DNA of 64,000 nucleotides from IMG/VR virus record IMGVR_UViG_3300030102_007483, positions 7,673 to 71,672 of that record; one strand, 5' to 3'. Source of the DNA: a virus. The notes under the pieces are model-generated. The model saw only the letters and a program-made list of their open reading frames with translations. It ran no database searches and had not been told where the DNA came from. The translations under genes were made by a program, and so were the position numbers. Positions 8,475-16,982 of this stretch are shown one piece after another. The stretch's first letter is position 1. Every line of letters begins with the position of its first letter.

Positions 8475-8972
8475 TTACATTCCTCCTTCTGGTCCCATGG
8501 GCGGCATCATTGGAGGCGCGCCCTCAGGCATCATTCCTTGCGGCTGTTCCGCCATGGGTTGTGGCTTAGGTTGATCTTGTTTACGTGCTGCAATCATTTC
8601 AAGTTGCATAAGAACATCAAAGTCAGACGCAATCATTTCAGCAAGTTCCTTCGGTGACTTGCCTCGTGTCTTGTCCAGTTCTTGTGCTGCGTCAAAAAGC
8701 ATTTGAGCCCGCTCTGGCGTCACACCCAAAGTTTCTACCAGATCTTTGAGTTCGCCACCAGCATCACCGGGAGAATCCATTCCGGACTCTTTGTCGCGAC
8801 GTTCTAACTCATCGTCGATCACCTTCAGTGCGTCGGTCGCCTTTTTCCCCGTTTCATCCATCGAGGCTTCACCCTCTGGCATAGGAGGTGCGTCGGCAGG
8901 TGCTCCGGGTTCCCCCGCGTACATTCCTGCTTTGCCGGGAAGGCGCTCACCAGTTTTTGGGTCAGTTGGCAT
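8475..8972 (-). CDS. Hypothetical Met/Pro-rich protein
   Basis: SD GGAG; ends 3 nt before the scaffold start. Confidence 0.7.
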   Translation of the reverse strand: MPTDPKTGERLPGKAGMYAGEPGAPADAPPMPEGEASMDETGKKATDALKVIDDELERRDKESGMDSPGDAGGELKDLVETLGVTPERAQMLFDAAQELDKTRGKSPKELAEMIASDFDVLMQLEMIAARKQDQPKPQPMAEQPQGMMPEGAPPMMPPMGPEGGM

Positions 8973-9013
8973 GTTGGCTCCGTTTTGATTGTTACCAGTG
9001 TGGTGTAACTAAT

Positions 9014-9268
9014 TTATATATTGTTGTTGTCGATTTCAATCTCTGGGTCAACCAATTCGAAAGTTGCCTTGTGACCAATCGCTAGTATGAATTTATTTGG
9101 GAGTGTTCGTCGCTCTCCCGACTCTCTGTCTTCGTATACAAGACTGTCACGAACGGCGTCTTCTTTTATCTTCCTGAGTATTCTGTCGTTTTTTGTCGCA
9201 AGTCGTTTTGCGTATTGTACGAGTTGTCCGTCTGACAGTAGATTTCGTCTGCTTGGATCTGGCATCAT
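9014..9268 (-). CDS. Hypothetical protein
   Basis: SD AGGAGGT; ATGA overlap with the upstream gene. Confidence 0.7.
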   Translation of the reverse strand: MMPDPSRRNLLSDGQLVQYAKRLATKNDRILRKIKEDAVRDSLVYEDRESGERRTLPNKFILAIGHKATFELVDPEIEIDNNNI

Positions 9269-9726
9269 TTACCTCCTACAAGTTCCGCTGCGCTTTTTGT
9301 TTGTTTCCGACCTTCAGCGTTTAAACGCTTGTTTTCGGCGCTGACCTCTTTGAGAATTTTGTCGTTGAGGCTTTTTGCTTTTTTGCGTTTCCAACTGTTG
9401 TGCCGGATTGTATCAAGTCGTTCAGATCGTTGTGCGAGAGTTTCCTCTTGAATGTTTACCCGTTTACCGGGGAACCGCTCTTCGATGGTCGCGATGCATC
9501 GATCGTAGTCCTCTTTGGTTTCGGCTTTGCCCAGCACACCAAAGTCGACGGCGGCGAAAGATCCGGGGCCTTGTCCATGGATAGCGTATCGGAGTCCACG
9601 GAAACTCATCTTGCGTTTGCTGCCGCACTCGGGGCAATCGTCGGGTCCATCTGCTCGCTTGTAGATTGCTTCCTCCTCAAAGAAGTCGCAACCAGTGCAT
9701 TCGAGGTTGTTCATTATGAGGCTCAT
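9265..9726 (-). CDS. Zinc-ribbon protein (FmdB-like N-terminus)
   Basis: CTGC...CPECGS; ATGA overlap with the upstream gene. Confidence 0.75.
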   Translation of the reverse strand: MSLIMNNLECTGCDFFEEEAIYKRADGPDDCPECGSKRKMSFRGLRYAIHGQGPGSFAAVDFGVLGKAETKEDYDRCIATIEERFPGKRVNIQEETLAQRSERLDTIRHNSWKRKKAKSLNDKILKEVSAENKRLNAEGRKQTKSAAELVGGK

Positions 9727-10589
9727 GATTCCTCAGGGTTTGTAAGTTCATCCGCACTGTCTAAGATACCAGCCAGACGGAGACGCTCGATTGTTGAAGA
9801 CATATCAAAAAACGGTGGAATTTCAAAAGGTTCCACAGGAGCAAATCTCTCTGTTGGTTCCTCGTTCTGCCCTCGGTACTTTTGTTGATCGCCCGACCTT
9901 ATATAAAATACTGCGCCGTCCTGATAGACCTCTTTTTCGTATTCCTCGCCGTCTTTAGTTACGTAGTCGACTGATCTTGGTTTTTGATTTGCATATTTCT
10001 CGTTGTAATTCTTTTCGGCTGCGTCTTCCGCCGCAAGTTTGAGTGCGTTGGGGTCAGGGTCATTTACGACATCTTCGGGCAAAAACTGTTTGTAGATTTC
10101 TTCGTTTTCTTCCGCAAAGCTTTTACTTTTTTGTGGGTCCCCATCGCCATCGCCGCCATCGCCGCCATCGCCGCCATCTTCTGTTCCCGGTCCAGATCGA
10201 CGACGATTTTCCTCGTCTCGCTTCCTGCCTGCGCGACGTTGTCGAGCCAAATCCAAAGCTTGATTCGTGCTGCCAATTTTGCCGACTGCCGACAAGAGAG
10301 CCCCTTGATCCGCTGGATCGTCGCGTTCTTCGTCAGTGTCTAAGTCAAAAGTAGCAGATTTTTCTTCTGGGTCTTTGTCTGCATCCAGATCGACTCCGGC
10401 GGGGCTGTCCGTACGCAATGGAGTTGCGTATCCCTCCTTGAATACGCCAGCGGCCTCAGCTTGTTTTTTCATCAATTCAGCCGATCGTTGTGCGACGCTT
10501 TTTTGTTTTTCGTCAATCAACTTCTTTGACTCATCTCCAGCCTGTGGCTCTGACTGCCGCATGCCCAATTTAATATCTTCTAAGTTCAT
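9723..10589 (-). CDS. Hypothetical acidic low-complexity protein
   Basis: 288 aa; TAATG coupling; GDG repeats encoded by a 9 bp repeat at ~10141-10178. Confidence 0.7.
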   Translation of the reverse strand: MNLEDIKLGMRQSEPQAGDESKKLIDEKQKSVAQRSAELMKKQAEAAGVFKEGYATPLRTDSPAGVDLDADKDPEEKSATFDLDTDEERDDPADQGALLSAVGKIGSTNQALDLARQRRAGRKRDEENRRRSGPGTEDGGDGGDGGDGDGDPQKSKSFAEENEEIYKQFLPEDVVNDPDPNALKLAAEDAAEKNYNEKYANQKPRSVDYVTKDGEEYEKEVYQDGAVFYIRSGDQQKYRGQNEEPTERFAPVEPFEIPPFFDMSSTIERLRLAGILDSADELTNPEES

Positions 10590-10858
10590 TACGCTTTCCT
10601 ACTTTTTACTGCCGCTGCTAATTTTTGTCGCTTGGCCTTTTTCCTGTACTTGGCGAATTGCTTGCCTTCCTTGGTTGCCTTGCGTTTGGCTCTTGTGTCT
10701 GCTCTAGTTTCCGCTGGTGAGTCATCTGCATGATCGGCGGCAGGCTTGTACCTCTCACCAGTCGCGTCAGGTCCCTGTGTGCTGGGCTTACCCGACTTTG
10801 TGCGCCAATCTTCTCCCGTCCACTGTTTTAGAGACTTTTGTGACTTAGCTAATGCCAT
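10589..10858 (-). CDS. DUF5872-like protein, C-terminal half
   Basis: Start MALAKSQKSLKQWTGEDWRTKSGKPS...GERY.P; TGATG coupling with the upstream gene. Confidence 0.75.
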   Translation of the reverse strand: MALAKSQKSLKQWTGEDWRTKSGKPSTQGPDATGERYKPAADHADDSPAETRADTRAKRKATKEGKQFAKYRKKAKRQKLAAAVKSRKA

Positions 10859-11091
10859 CAGCTTGTGTATCCCCCGCCAGCTTTCTTGTATGCCTTGGCA
10901 AGCATCTGTGCCTTGCGCGCGGACCATTGACCCGGACGACCGCCCTTGCCGCCAGCCTTAATGCGATTGAAGATTCGTTTACGCATAGTCGGCTTGGTGT
11001 AGTTACCTGCCTCGTTAACGCGGCTCTTGCTCTTCCGTCCTTTGATGGCTTTACGCAATTTCGACCGTTTTGCTTTTCGTTTATATGCCAT
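10858..11091 (-). CDS. DUF5872-like protein, N-terminal half
   Basis: NYTKPTMRKRIF..IKAGGKGGRPGQWSARKAQMLAKAYKKAGGGY; TAATG coupling. Confidence 0.8.
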   Translation of the reverse strand: MAYKRKAKRSKLRKAIKGRKSKSRVNEAGNYTKPTMRKRIFNRIKAGGKGGRPGQWSARKAQMLAKAYKKAGGGYTS

Positions 11092-11399
11092 TACCATTTC
11101 ACCTTGTCGGCCCAGTAGGCCGCGCTCATTTTGCCCTTAGCAATATTCTTGCGATGACGATCCTTAAAACTCTTTCGTTTTTTCTTCATCCGATCGCTCT
11201 CACCCTTCTTGGGCTTGCCTGCGGTGCTCGCCCCTTGCTCACCAAACCGAATGAGTTTGAGTCGACTGCCTTCTTGCGCCAGTACAATATGACTTTTCTT
11301 GGGATGATCAGGCGTGCGTTTAGGTATGTTTACGCCCTTGAGCCTATGTTTTTTGAGTAAAGCTGCTTTGCGGAGTTTGTCTCTTTTCGATAGCGCCAC
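11091..11399 (-). CDS. Small basic conserved phage protein
   Basis: NxPKRTPDHPKKSH.V..., LIRFGEQG, RKSFK.RH, SAAYWADKVKW; SD GAGGTG. Confidence 0.8.
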   Translation of the reverse strand: MALSKRDKLRKAALLKKHRLKGVNIPKRTPDHPKKSHIVLAQEGSRLKLIRFGEQGASTAGKPKKGESDRMKKKRKSFKDRHRKNIAKGKMSAAYWADKVKW

Positions 11400-11408
11400 A
11401 AATCACCT

Positions 11409-13193
11409 CTATGCTTCACCGCGAATCGGCGAACCGCCGCCGCCCGGTAACGCGTCTTCCATTAGTTCCTCCGCTCCCGGTATAGGTTGCCCCATTTGTT
11501 CCGCAAACTTAGCCGCCTCCTCAGGCGGTAAATTTCTTAGCATAGCCTCAACCTCTTTGGCTTGATTTGCGGCTAACTGTGGTGCGCCACCGGCAGCACC
11601 TCCAAGCTTGGATTGTGCTTCGAGTTGAGCCGCGATTTGTTGTTGCTCTGCGGCCTGTTGCTTCGCCTGAAGAATATCCTCTTCTGGGATGAGAATACGA
11701 TTGGGAAGTCCCATGTTGGACAGTATTTCTTCTGTGAGACGTCGAACGTTTACGTTTTCGTTTTGAGACAAGAATGGCAACATTTGAATCAGCGTTTCTG
11801 CCATCATGCCGGGGTTGCGTCTGATGGGGTTGTAGCTGACAATCTCGAAGTCAACATCGACATCGACCAAATCTTTGTGGCTCAACTCTTGCCACTTTGT
11901 CGATCCTGCAATTCGTACAAGACGATTTGTTTTCATGTACTTCTTACACAGATAGAATGCCTTCTTGGCTACGTCCTCCAAGGCGTCGTTTAGATGACCC
12001 TCTCGCGTGGCAAGACGAGTTCTAAGTTGGGCGTCAATGATCGCCATTTCGGTGGCGGTACGAGCACCTGCAACCTGCCCTCGAGCCGCTTCTGCAAGTG
12101 CAGAAATGAATGCCGCATCTTCTTCTTGTCGAGCGATGAACTCTTTTACTCCGTTTGGTGCCGCAGGCACTGGCATCTCGTAAAATAGCGTAGCGAGACT
12201 CCGAAGTGCCTCACTGTTGGACGGGTTGACACCGACAAACGATCCAGCAGAGGCTTCTACTGCCTTGTTGAGGTCTTCTTCAGTTACTCGACCAGAGTCA
12301 TACATGACACGAGGTACCTGCAGATAGGTAATCTGCTTCATGTGTGTCAGAAGATCGTTGATAGTTTCTTGTTGTCGCAGAACCAATTGAACTTCGCTCA
12401 TACCCAGACAGTCAATACCTGACTGGTTGAGTGAGAACATGCTGTAAGGGATGTAATCAATCTTATCTTCAAACACTACTGCGTCAGCTTGCTTGATGTA
12501 GTGCTGCATCAGGCCGCGCTCACGATCGTAGTATTCGTACACAGTCACCCATTTGAATGCGTCACGAACCTGATCGGTAGAACTCTTTACGTTTTCGTCC
12601 AAAAGCCACTTCGGGTATCGATCAGGCTTTACCTCTTTGATTAGCTCGGACTTGTATTGTCCTGACTTCACTCGAGCCTTGAACTCATCGAACGAAATGA
12701 CGGTAGCTTCGATCCAGTATCGAATGTCGTCTGTGTCACGAACGGTAAGGTCAAAGAAAACACTTGATGGGTTTACCGCTCGAATGATCGGTATATCTTT
12801 TTTTGCGTCCCACCCAGTCTTGAAGATTCCTCTCTTGCACAACACAGCGTCAATCAAAGCGGTTGCTGCCTTGCGTCGAAACTTATTTGCGTCAAACACG
12901 TAATCAATGAGACCAGTCACGGAGGGGGCGGCGTCTTGAGACTTGGGCGTCCGTGCCATGGCTCCTACAGATGGATTCGGTCCCAACAAGGAACTGATAG
13001 CCGTATCTGCAATCGCGTAGATGATGTTCTTCGAGCACAAGAATGAATGTTGATTCATTCCCGAAAGGTCACTATCCGAGGTAGTAAAAAACTTGCCTCG
13101 ATAAAACCTTCGAGCTTTGTCGAAGTCCTTCTTCTCTGAACGCTTGTAGTGGTCCAGATGACGATCAATAAGTTTTGAGAGTTTCATTGTCAT
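11409..13193 (-). CDS. Portal protein (P22-like/podoviral)
   Basis: 594 aa downstream of TerL; DAVLCKRGIFKTGW, VNPSSVFFD, RGQ...RTATE motifs; Gln-rich barrel-like C-terminus. Confidence 0.9.
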   Translation of the reverse strand: MTMKLSKLIDRHLDHYKRSEKKDFDKARRFYRGKFFTTSDSDLSGMNQHSFLCSKNIIYAIADTAISSLLGPNPSVGAMARTPKSQDAAPSVTGLIDYVFDANKFRRKAATALIDAVLCKRGIFKTGWDAKKDIPIIRAVNPSSVFFDLTVRDTDDIRYWIEATVISFDEFKARVKSGQYKSELIKEVKPDRYPKWLLDENVKSSTDQVRDAFKWVTVYEYYDRERGLMQHYIKQADAVVFEDKIDYIPYSMFSLNQSGIDCLGMSEVQLVLRQQETINDLLTHMKQITYLQVPRVMYDSGRVTEEDLNKAVEASAGSFVGVNPSNSEALRSLATLFYEMPVPAAPNGVKEFIARQEEDAAFISALAEAARGQVAGARTATEMAIIDAQLRTRLATREGHLNDALEDVAKKAFYLCKKYMKTNRLVRIAGSTKWQELSHKDLVDVDVDFEIVSYNPIRRNPGMMAETLIQMLPFLSQNENVNVRRLTEEILSNMGLPNRILIPEEDILQAKQQAAEQQQIAAQLEAQSKLGGAAGGAPQLAANQAKEVEAMLRNLPPEEAAKFAEQMGQPIPGAEELMEDALPGGGGSPIRGEA

Positions 13194-13199
13194 GATGAT

Positions 13200-13439
13200 C
13201 TACTTTTTAAACATCGCCTGAACTTTCTTCTTTTTCTCTTCTGAGGCTTTCTTGTCTTCGGCGAGGGCCTTTTTTTGATCCTCAGGAGACATTGCCTTAA
13301 TTTCTTCCTCTCGTTTTTTCTTCTCCTCAGCCGCACCTTTTTTTGCGGCTGCCATCCGTGATTCAAAATCATCAGATCCGGCCATCCTGACCTTTTTTTC
13401 TGATGCCTTTTTTGCTTGGTCGTAGTCTGTGTCTGCCAT
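13200..13439 (-). CDS. Small charged (Lys/Glu) protein
   Basis: ATG 2 nt after the TerL stop; fills the gap to the portal. Confidence 0.6.
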   Translation of the reverse strand: MADTDYDQAKKASEKKVRMAGSDDFESRMAAAKKGAAEEKKKREEEIKAMSPEDQKKALAEDKKASEEKKKKVQAMFKK

Positions 13440-13441
13440 TT

Positions 13442-15106
13442 TTAATCCCAAATGTTTGATGCGGGTTGATAAAGAGATCGAGCGGCACGTCGCTTCGTTG
13501 CTTTGTGGCGATCAAGTTGTTGAATAGTAACGTGTCCCGGTAGGTAATCTGATTCTACTGAAACTGCAGCATTAGTAAAGTGTCTGCGCGAAAGAATATC
13601 AGCGGCCATAACGGCTGTACGTGCCCGGTCAAAGTGGTGAACTGTGCCGTCGTCGCCTCGAACACGTTTTTTTCGGGTGCCGTCATAGTTCAACAATTGA
13701 TGCAGCATACCACGACTTCGTATTTGTAGTTCGTGTTGTCGTAGCATTTGTACCAGACGTGCCTCAGACTCTTGAAGACGTTTGCTGGTCGCGTACCATC
13801 CGGGGTGATTCCTGTCCGTCCACAGAAGGTTTCTTGTCCCTTGATCTTTTAGTATCGCAATGCAAGCAGTGGCGTTGGATTCGACTGCCAGTAATGCGCC
13901 AAGGTATCTTTTTTGTACCGTCTTCAATCGTTGCGCAAATCGATCGGGTGATTCTCGATCCTCCCAAAACGCAATCTCTCGCCATTCGAGGGCGTCCCAG
14001 ACTGTGAGCGCCGACTTGTCACCAGTGCTCCCAAATCCTGCGGGGTCTGCGGTAATCAGATACTTGTGACCCGGTTTTGGTCCTTCAAACTCATGACAAG
14101 CATATCGTCCCAAACTCGGATCCTGCTTGGCTCGCTCCAGAGATGGTTTTAGTATCTCTGCAGGCATCACGGGATTGGTTGTTCCCAGCCATCCATCGTA
14201 CGCATCCGATGGGTACTTGCAGGAAAAAAGACGAGTGTCTCCAACAAACTCAGTGTTCAAGCCTCGTCTACGAAAGGCTAGATTGTACGCTGACATGCCA
14301 TCGTGGCGTGACATGTACTCTCGCTCTGGTTGTGTTGGTTTGAAGGAGTCATCAAGTTCTCTGCAGCTTTCGTCCTCCCACCATTCTAGAAACAGTGGGT
14401 GGAATCGACTGGATCCCTCCAAGGCCGAACGCCACATTTGTTCGTGATGAGATCCTGCTCGTCCCGGAGTTGACTCGAGAATAACCTTTGCGTTTGGTCG
14501 TTTGTTTACAGTCGGGAAGATGTTGATTGCAGCTTTGCGTTGCCACTGAGCTTCACCGAACTCGGTGATTACGAGTCGGTCAATCGATCGACCAATCGCA
14601 GGAGACCGGCCGCCTGCCGTCAATACCTTGATGCCTCCTCCATGAACGAACTGCATCTGCGTTGCGCCTGCCTTCCTACCCGGAGCCAGTGGCATGCGAA
14701 CATCTTTTGGTAGACGATTGTAGGCAAAAAGTATTCGCTCGAAAATATCTTCGGCGGTGTCCTGTCGTTCTGCGATGAGCAATCCTTTGACACCACTCAG
14801 ATACATGCAGTCTCTCAAAAGAAGCATGACAGACACCGTCGTAATTTTTGCCTGACGGAACTTGTTGACCATGATCCATCTGTTTTCATCGTAGGCTTTC
14901 AACAGTTTTTTCTGCGTATGTGTGGGCTCCATGTACCCCGTTGACTCGTCTTCGCGGACAATCTGACACATAGATACAAAAGCGTCAGGCGTAGCGAACA
15001 AAGCTTTTACCTTGCCTTCATGTATGCCGGGTGCGCTGGCAAACTCTGCACCACTCGTTGTGGTGTCATTTTTATTCTTGTTGGTTTGTTTTCGCGATGT
15101 TGCCAT
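13442..15106 (-). CDS. terL: Terminase large subunit
   Basis: Deviant Walker A KFRQAKITT, Walker B LVITE, coupling motif ILESTP, RNase H-fold nuclease ADPAG...DKSA...VESN...HFD. Confidence 0.93.
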   Translation of the reverse strand: MATSRKQTNKNKNDTTTSGAEFASAPGIHEGKVKALFATPDAFVSMCQIVREDESTGYMEPTHTQKKLLKAYDENRWIMVNKFRQAKITTVSVMLLLRDCMYLSGVKGLLIAERQDTAEDIFERILFAYNRLPKDVRMPLAPGRKAGATQMQFVHGGGIKVLTAGGRSPAIGRSIDRLVITEFGEAQWQRKAAINIFPTVNKRPNAKVILESTPGRAGSHHEQMWRSALEGSSRFHPLFLEWWEDESCRELDDSFKPTQPEREYMSRHDGMSAYNLAFRRRGLNTEFVGDTRLFSCKYPSDAYDGWLGTTNPVMPAEILKPSLERAKQDPSLGRYACHEFEGPKPGHKYLITADPAGFGSTGDKSALTVWDALEWREIAFWEDRESPDRFAQRLKTVQKRYLGALLAVESNATACIAILKDQGTRNLLWTDRNHPGWYATSKRLQESEARLVQMLRQHELQIRSRGMLHQLLNYDGTRKKRVRGDDGTVHHFDRARTAVMAADILSRRHFTNAAVSVESDYLPGHVTIQQLDRHKATKRRAARSLYQPASNIWD

Positions 15107-15165
15107 AACGGTAACTGTATCACTGTTTATGGTTGAGAAAATTTTTATGATTAAAAAACAGGGCC

Positions 15166-15194
15166 TTGCAGCTTTTTCACGCGTGATGTATACA
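15166..15194 (+). promoter_or_regulatory. Putative sigma70-type promoter of the capsid operon
   Basis: TTGCAG-17-TATACA; a divergent extended -10 (TGATACAGT, 15122-15114) lies just upstream of terL. Confidence 0.5.
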
Positions 15195-15297
15195 CATATT
15201 GCACCCAGATAGATGTGTCAGGTAGCCGCTACGGTCTGACGTAAGCATCGCGGGCAGGCGAGACAAACGTTTTTTAACCCCTCTCTGTGAGAACAAA

Positions 15298-16353
15298 ATG
15301 GCTATCAGTACTGAATTGCTGAACACCACGTTCGCCGATCTGCGCGGACCTCTGGTAAATTCCTTTGTTCGTAGCAACGAGTTGTTCGAAGCACTCAATG
15401 CCAAGGCTCGCATGCCAATGGAAGGCGGAACGAAGATTGAACGTTCCTTCTCCGGTGGTGCGCCTGCCAAGGGTGTTGGTGTCTACGTGGGCGACGAGCT
15501 ACTGAACATGACCCGACGTCAACAAATCCGTAAGTTTGAAGTTGAGCCCCACCGCTTGGTTATGGCTGTCAACATTCCTAAGAAGGAACTCAACCAAAAC
15601 AGCGGAAAGCTCGCCATCATGCGGCTGATTGAAGAGTACCCACAAACCTCTATGGAGGCCATGAAGGCAGACTTGAACAAGTACTTCCTGACTGGTGCCA
15701 GCCGTGGTTTGGCGTTCGCTTCTTCCGAACTCTTTGGACTTCAGACCTTCAACGGTCAGTTCTCCTCTGGTATTGGAACTGGTGTAACCAACGGTCTTCT
15801 GGATTTTGTCGCACCTGCATCGCAGACTGATAAAGTGCAGAGTGTGACGAAGAGCAGCAGCTACTTCCACTTCAACCAATTCAACGACATCTCATCGTTC
15901 GGTGCTAACGGTATTACGCAACTGCGTAAGACCTATCGTCAGTGCTCGCACTTTGCTGGTGGCGTAGGCAAGGGTCCTGATCTTGTGATCATGGATGACG
16001 ACACCTACACCAACTTCGAAGATGCTCGCCGCGATAACGTTCGTGTCACCCTCGTTGATGACAAGATTGACAAGAGCAACACCTTGGGTCTTTCCATGGG
16101 TCTTGCTTCGGTCACGTCTTCCATCGACTTGGACCGTACTGACTCGACGTTCTCTGGCGTAGCTTCGGACGGTATCACCTACATGCTCAACACTGACTTC
16201 ATTGAGTTCCCGATGCTCGAAGCACCGAACATCAGTGAGTTCAAGGAGCGAGTTGGTGATCAAGATGTCGTAACTGCAATCTTCGCAATGCAAGGAAACA
16301 TTATCTGCACCAAGCTCGTGGCGCAGGGAGTGGTTTCTGGCGGCGCGGTCTAA
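15298..16353 (+). CDS. Major capsid protein (HK97 fold)
   Basis: 351 aa; LVNSFVRSNELF, EGGTKI, NSGKLAIMRLI, PDLVIM, YMLNTDFI, GNIICT...QGV pattern typical of P22-like/N4-gp56-like MCPs. Confidence 0.9.
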   Translation: MAISTELLNTTFADLRGPLVNSFVRSNELFEALNAKARMPMEGGTKIERSFSGGAPAKGVGVYVGDELLNMTRRQQIRKFEVEPHRLVMAVNIPKKELNQNSGKLAIMRLIEEYPQTSMEAMKADLNKYFLTGASRGLAFASSELFGLQTFNGQFSSGIGTGVTNGLLDFVAPASQTDKVQSVTKSSSYFHFNQFNDISSFGANGITQLRKTYRQCSHFAGGVGKGPDLVIMDDDTYTNFEDARRDNVRVTLVDDKIDKSNTLGLSMGLASVTSSIDLDRTDSTFSGVASDGITYMLNTDFIEFPMLEAPNISEFKERVGDQDVVTAIFAMQGNIICTKLVAQGVVSGGAV

Positions 16354-16364
16354 GGAGGTACATC

Positions 16365-16913
16365 ATGGCACTTGGAAATAAATTCGCTACTGGCGGTGAC
16401 ATCGTCGACGGTCAGGATTCACAACCATTCTGGACTCGCACCTATACAGATGAGCAATATCCTTTGGGTACTCTTCGTCTTGAGTCTGCCGATAATGTTG
16501 CGGATGCTGAGCACACTGATGGAACTGCCTTGGGCCTGAAAGGAGATCGCACATGGATCTTTGTGAAGGCAACGACTGCACTGACTATCTACGATTGCGC
16601 TATTGTTAAGGCAGCAGATACGGCAACAGCTTCTTTTGAGGTTGCTCCGTCGGATGCTGCTGGTGACAATGCACTCGATGTCGTTGGTGTGACGCAGACT
16701 GCGATTGCCGAAAACTCTTTCGGCTGGATCGTTTGTGACGGTGAGTGTGTCGTCAATGGTAACGCCGGTATTACTGCGGGTCAGTTTCTTGACACGCACA
16801 CTGGTGGTCAAGTAGACGACAGCACTGCTGCTGGAACGTTGATTGGTAAGGCTCTTTCAGGTACCGATACACCGGTTACTGGAACGATCCGCGCCCGGAT
16901 TCGCCTGCCGTAG
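16365..16913 (+). CDS. Capsid cement/decoration protein
   Basis: Directly after the MCP; YPLGT...RTWIFVKA...VVGVTQTAIAENSFGWIVCDG motif; SD AAGGAGG. Confidence 0.8.
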   Translation: MALGNKFATGGDIVDGQDSQPFWTRTYTDEQYPLGTLRLESADNVADAEHTDGTALGLKGDRTWIFVKATTALTIYDCAIVKAADTATASFEVAPSDAAGDNALDVVGVTQTAIAENSFGWIVCDGECVVNGNAGITAGQFLDTHTGGQVDDSTAAGTLIGKALSGTDTPVTGTIRARIRLP

Positions 16914-16936
16914 CATTTGACTACGTGATACACTTA

Positions 16937-16973
16937 GGGGGCGTGGCTTTCGGGTTACGCCCCCTTCGTCTTT
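16937..16973 (+). terminator. Intrinsic terminator after MCP-cement
   Basis: GGGGGCGTGGC-TTTCGG-GTTACGCCCCC followed by a T-rich tail. Confidence 0.7.
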
Positions 16974-16982
16974 GGAGGTACA

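Noticed and set aside
7564-8657. Plus-strand ORFs of 98-266 aa opposite the scaffold gene
   Set aside because: Antisense shadows of a codon-biased gene; no motifs.
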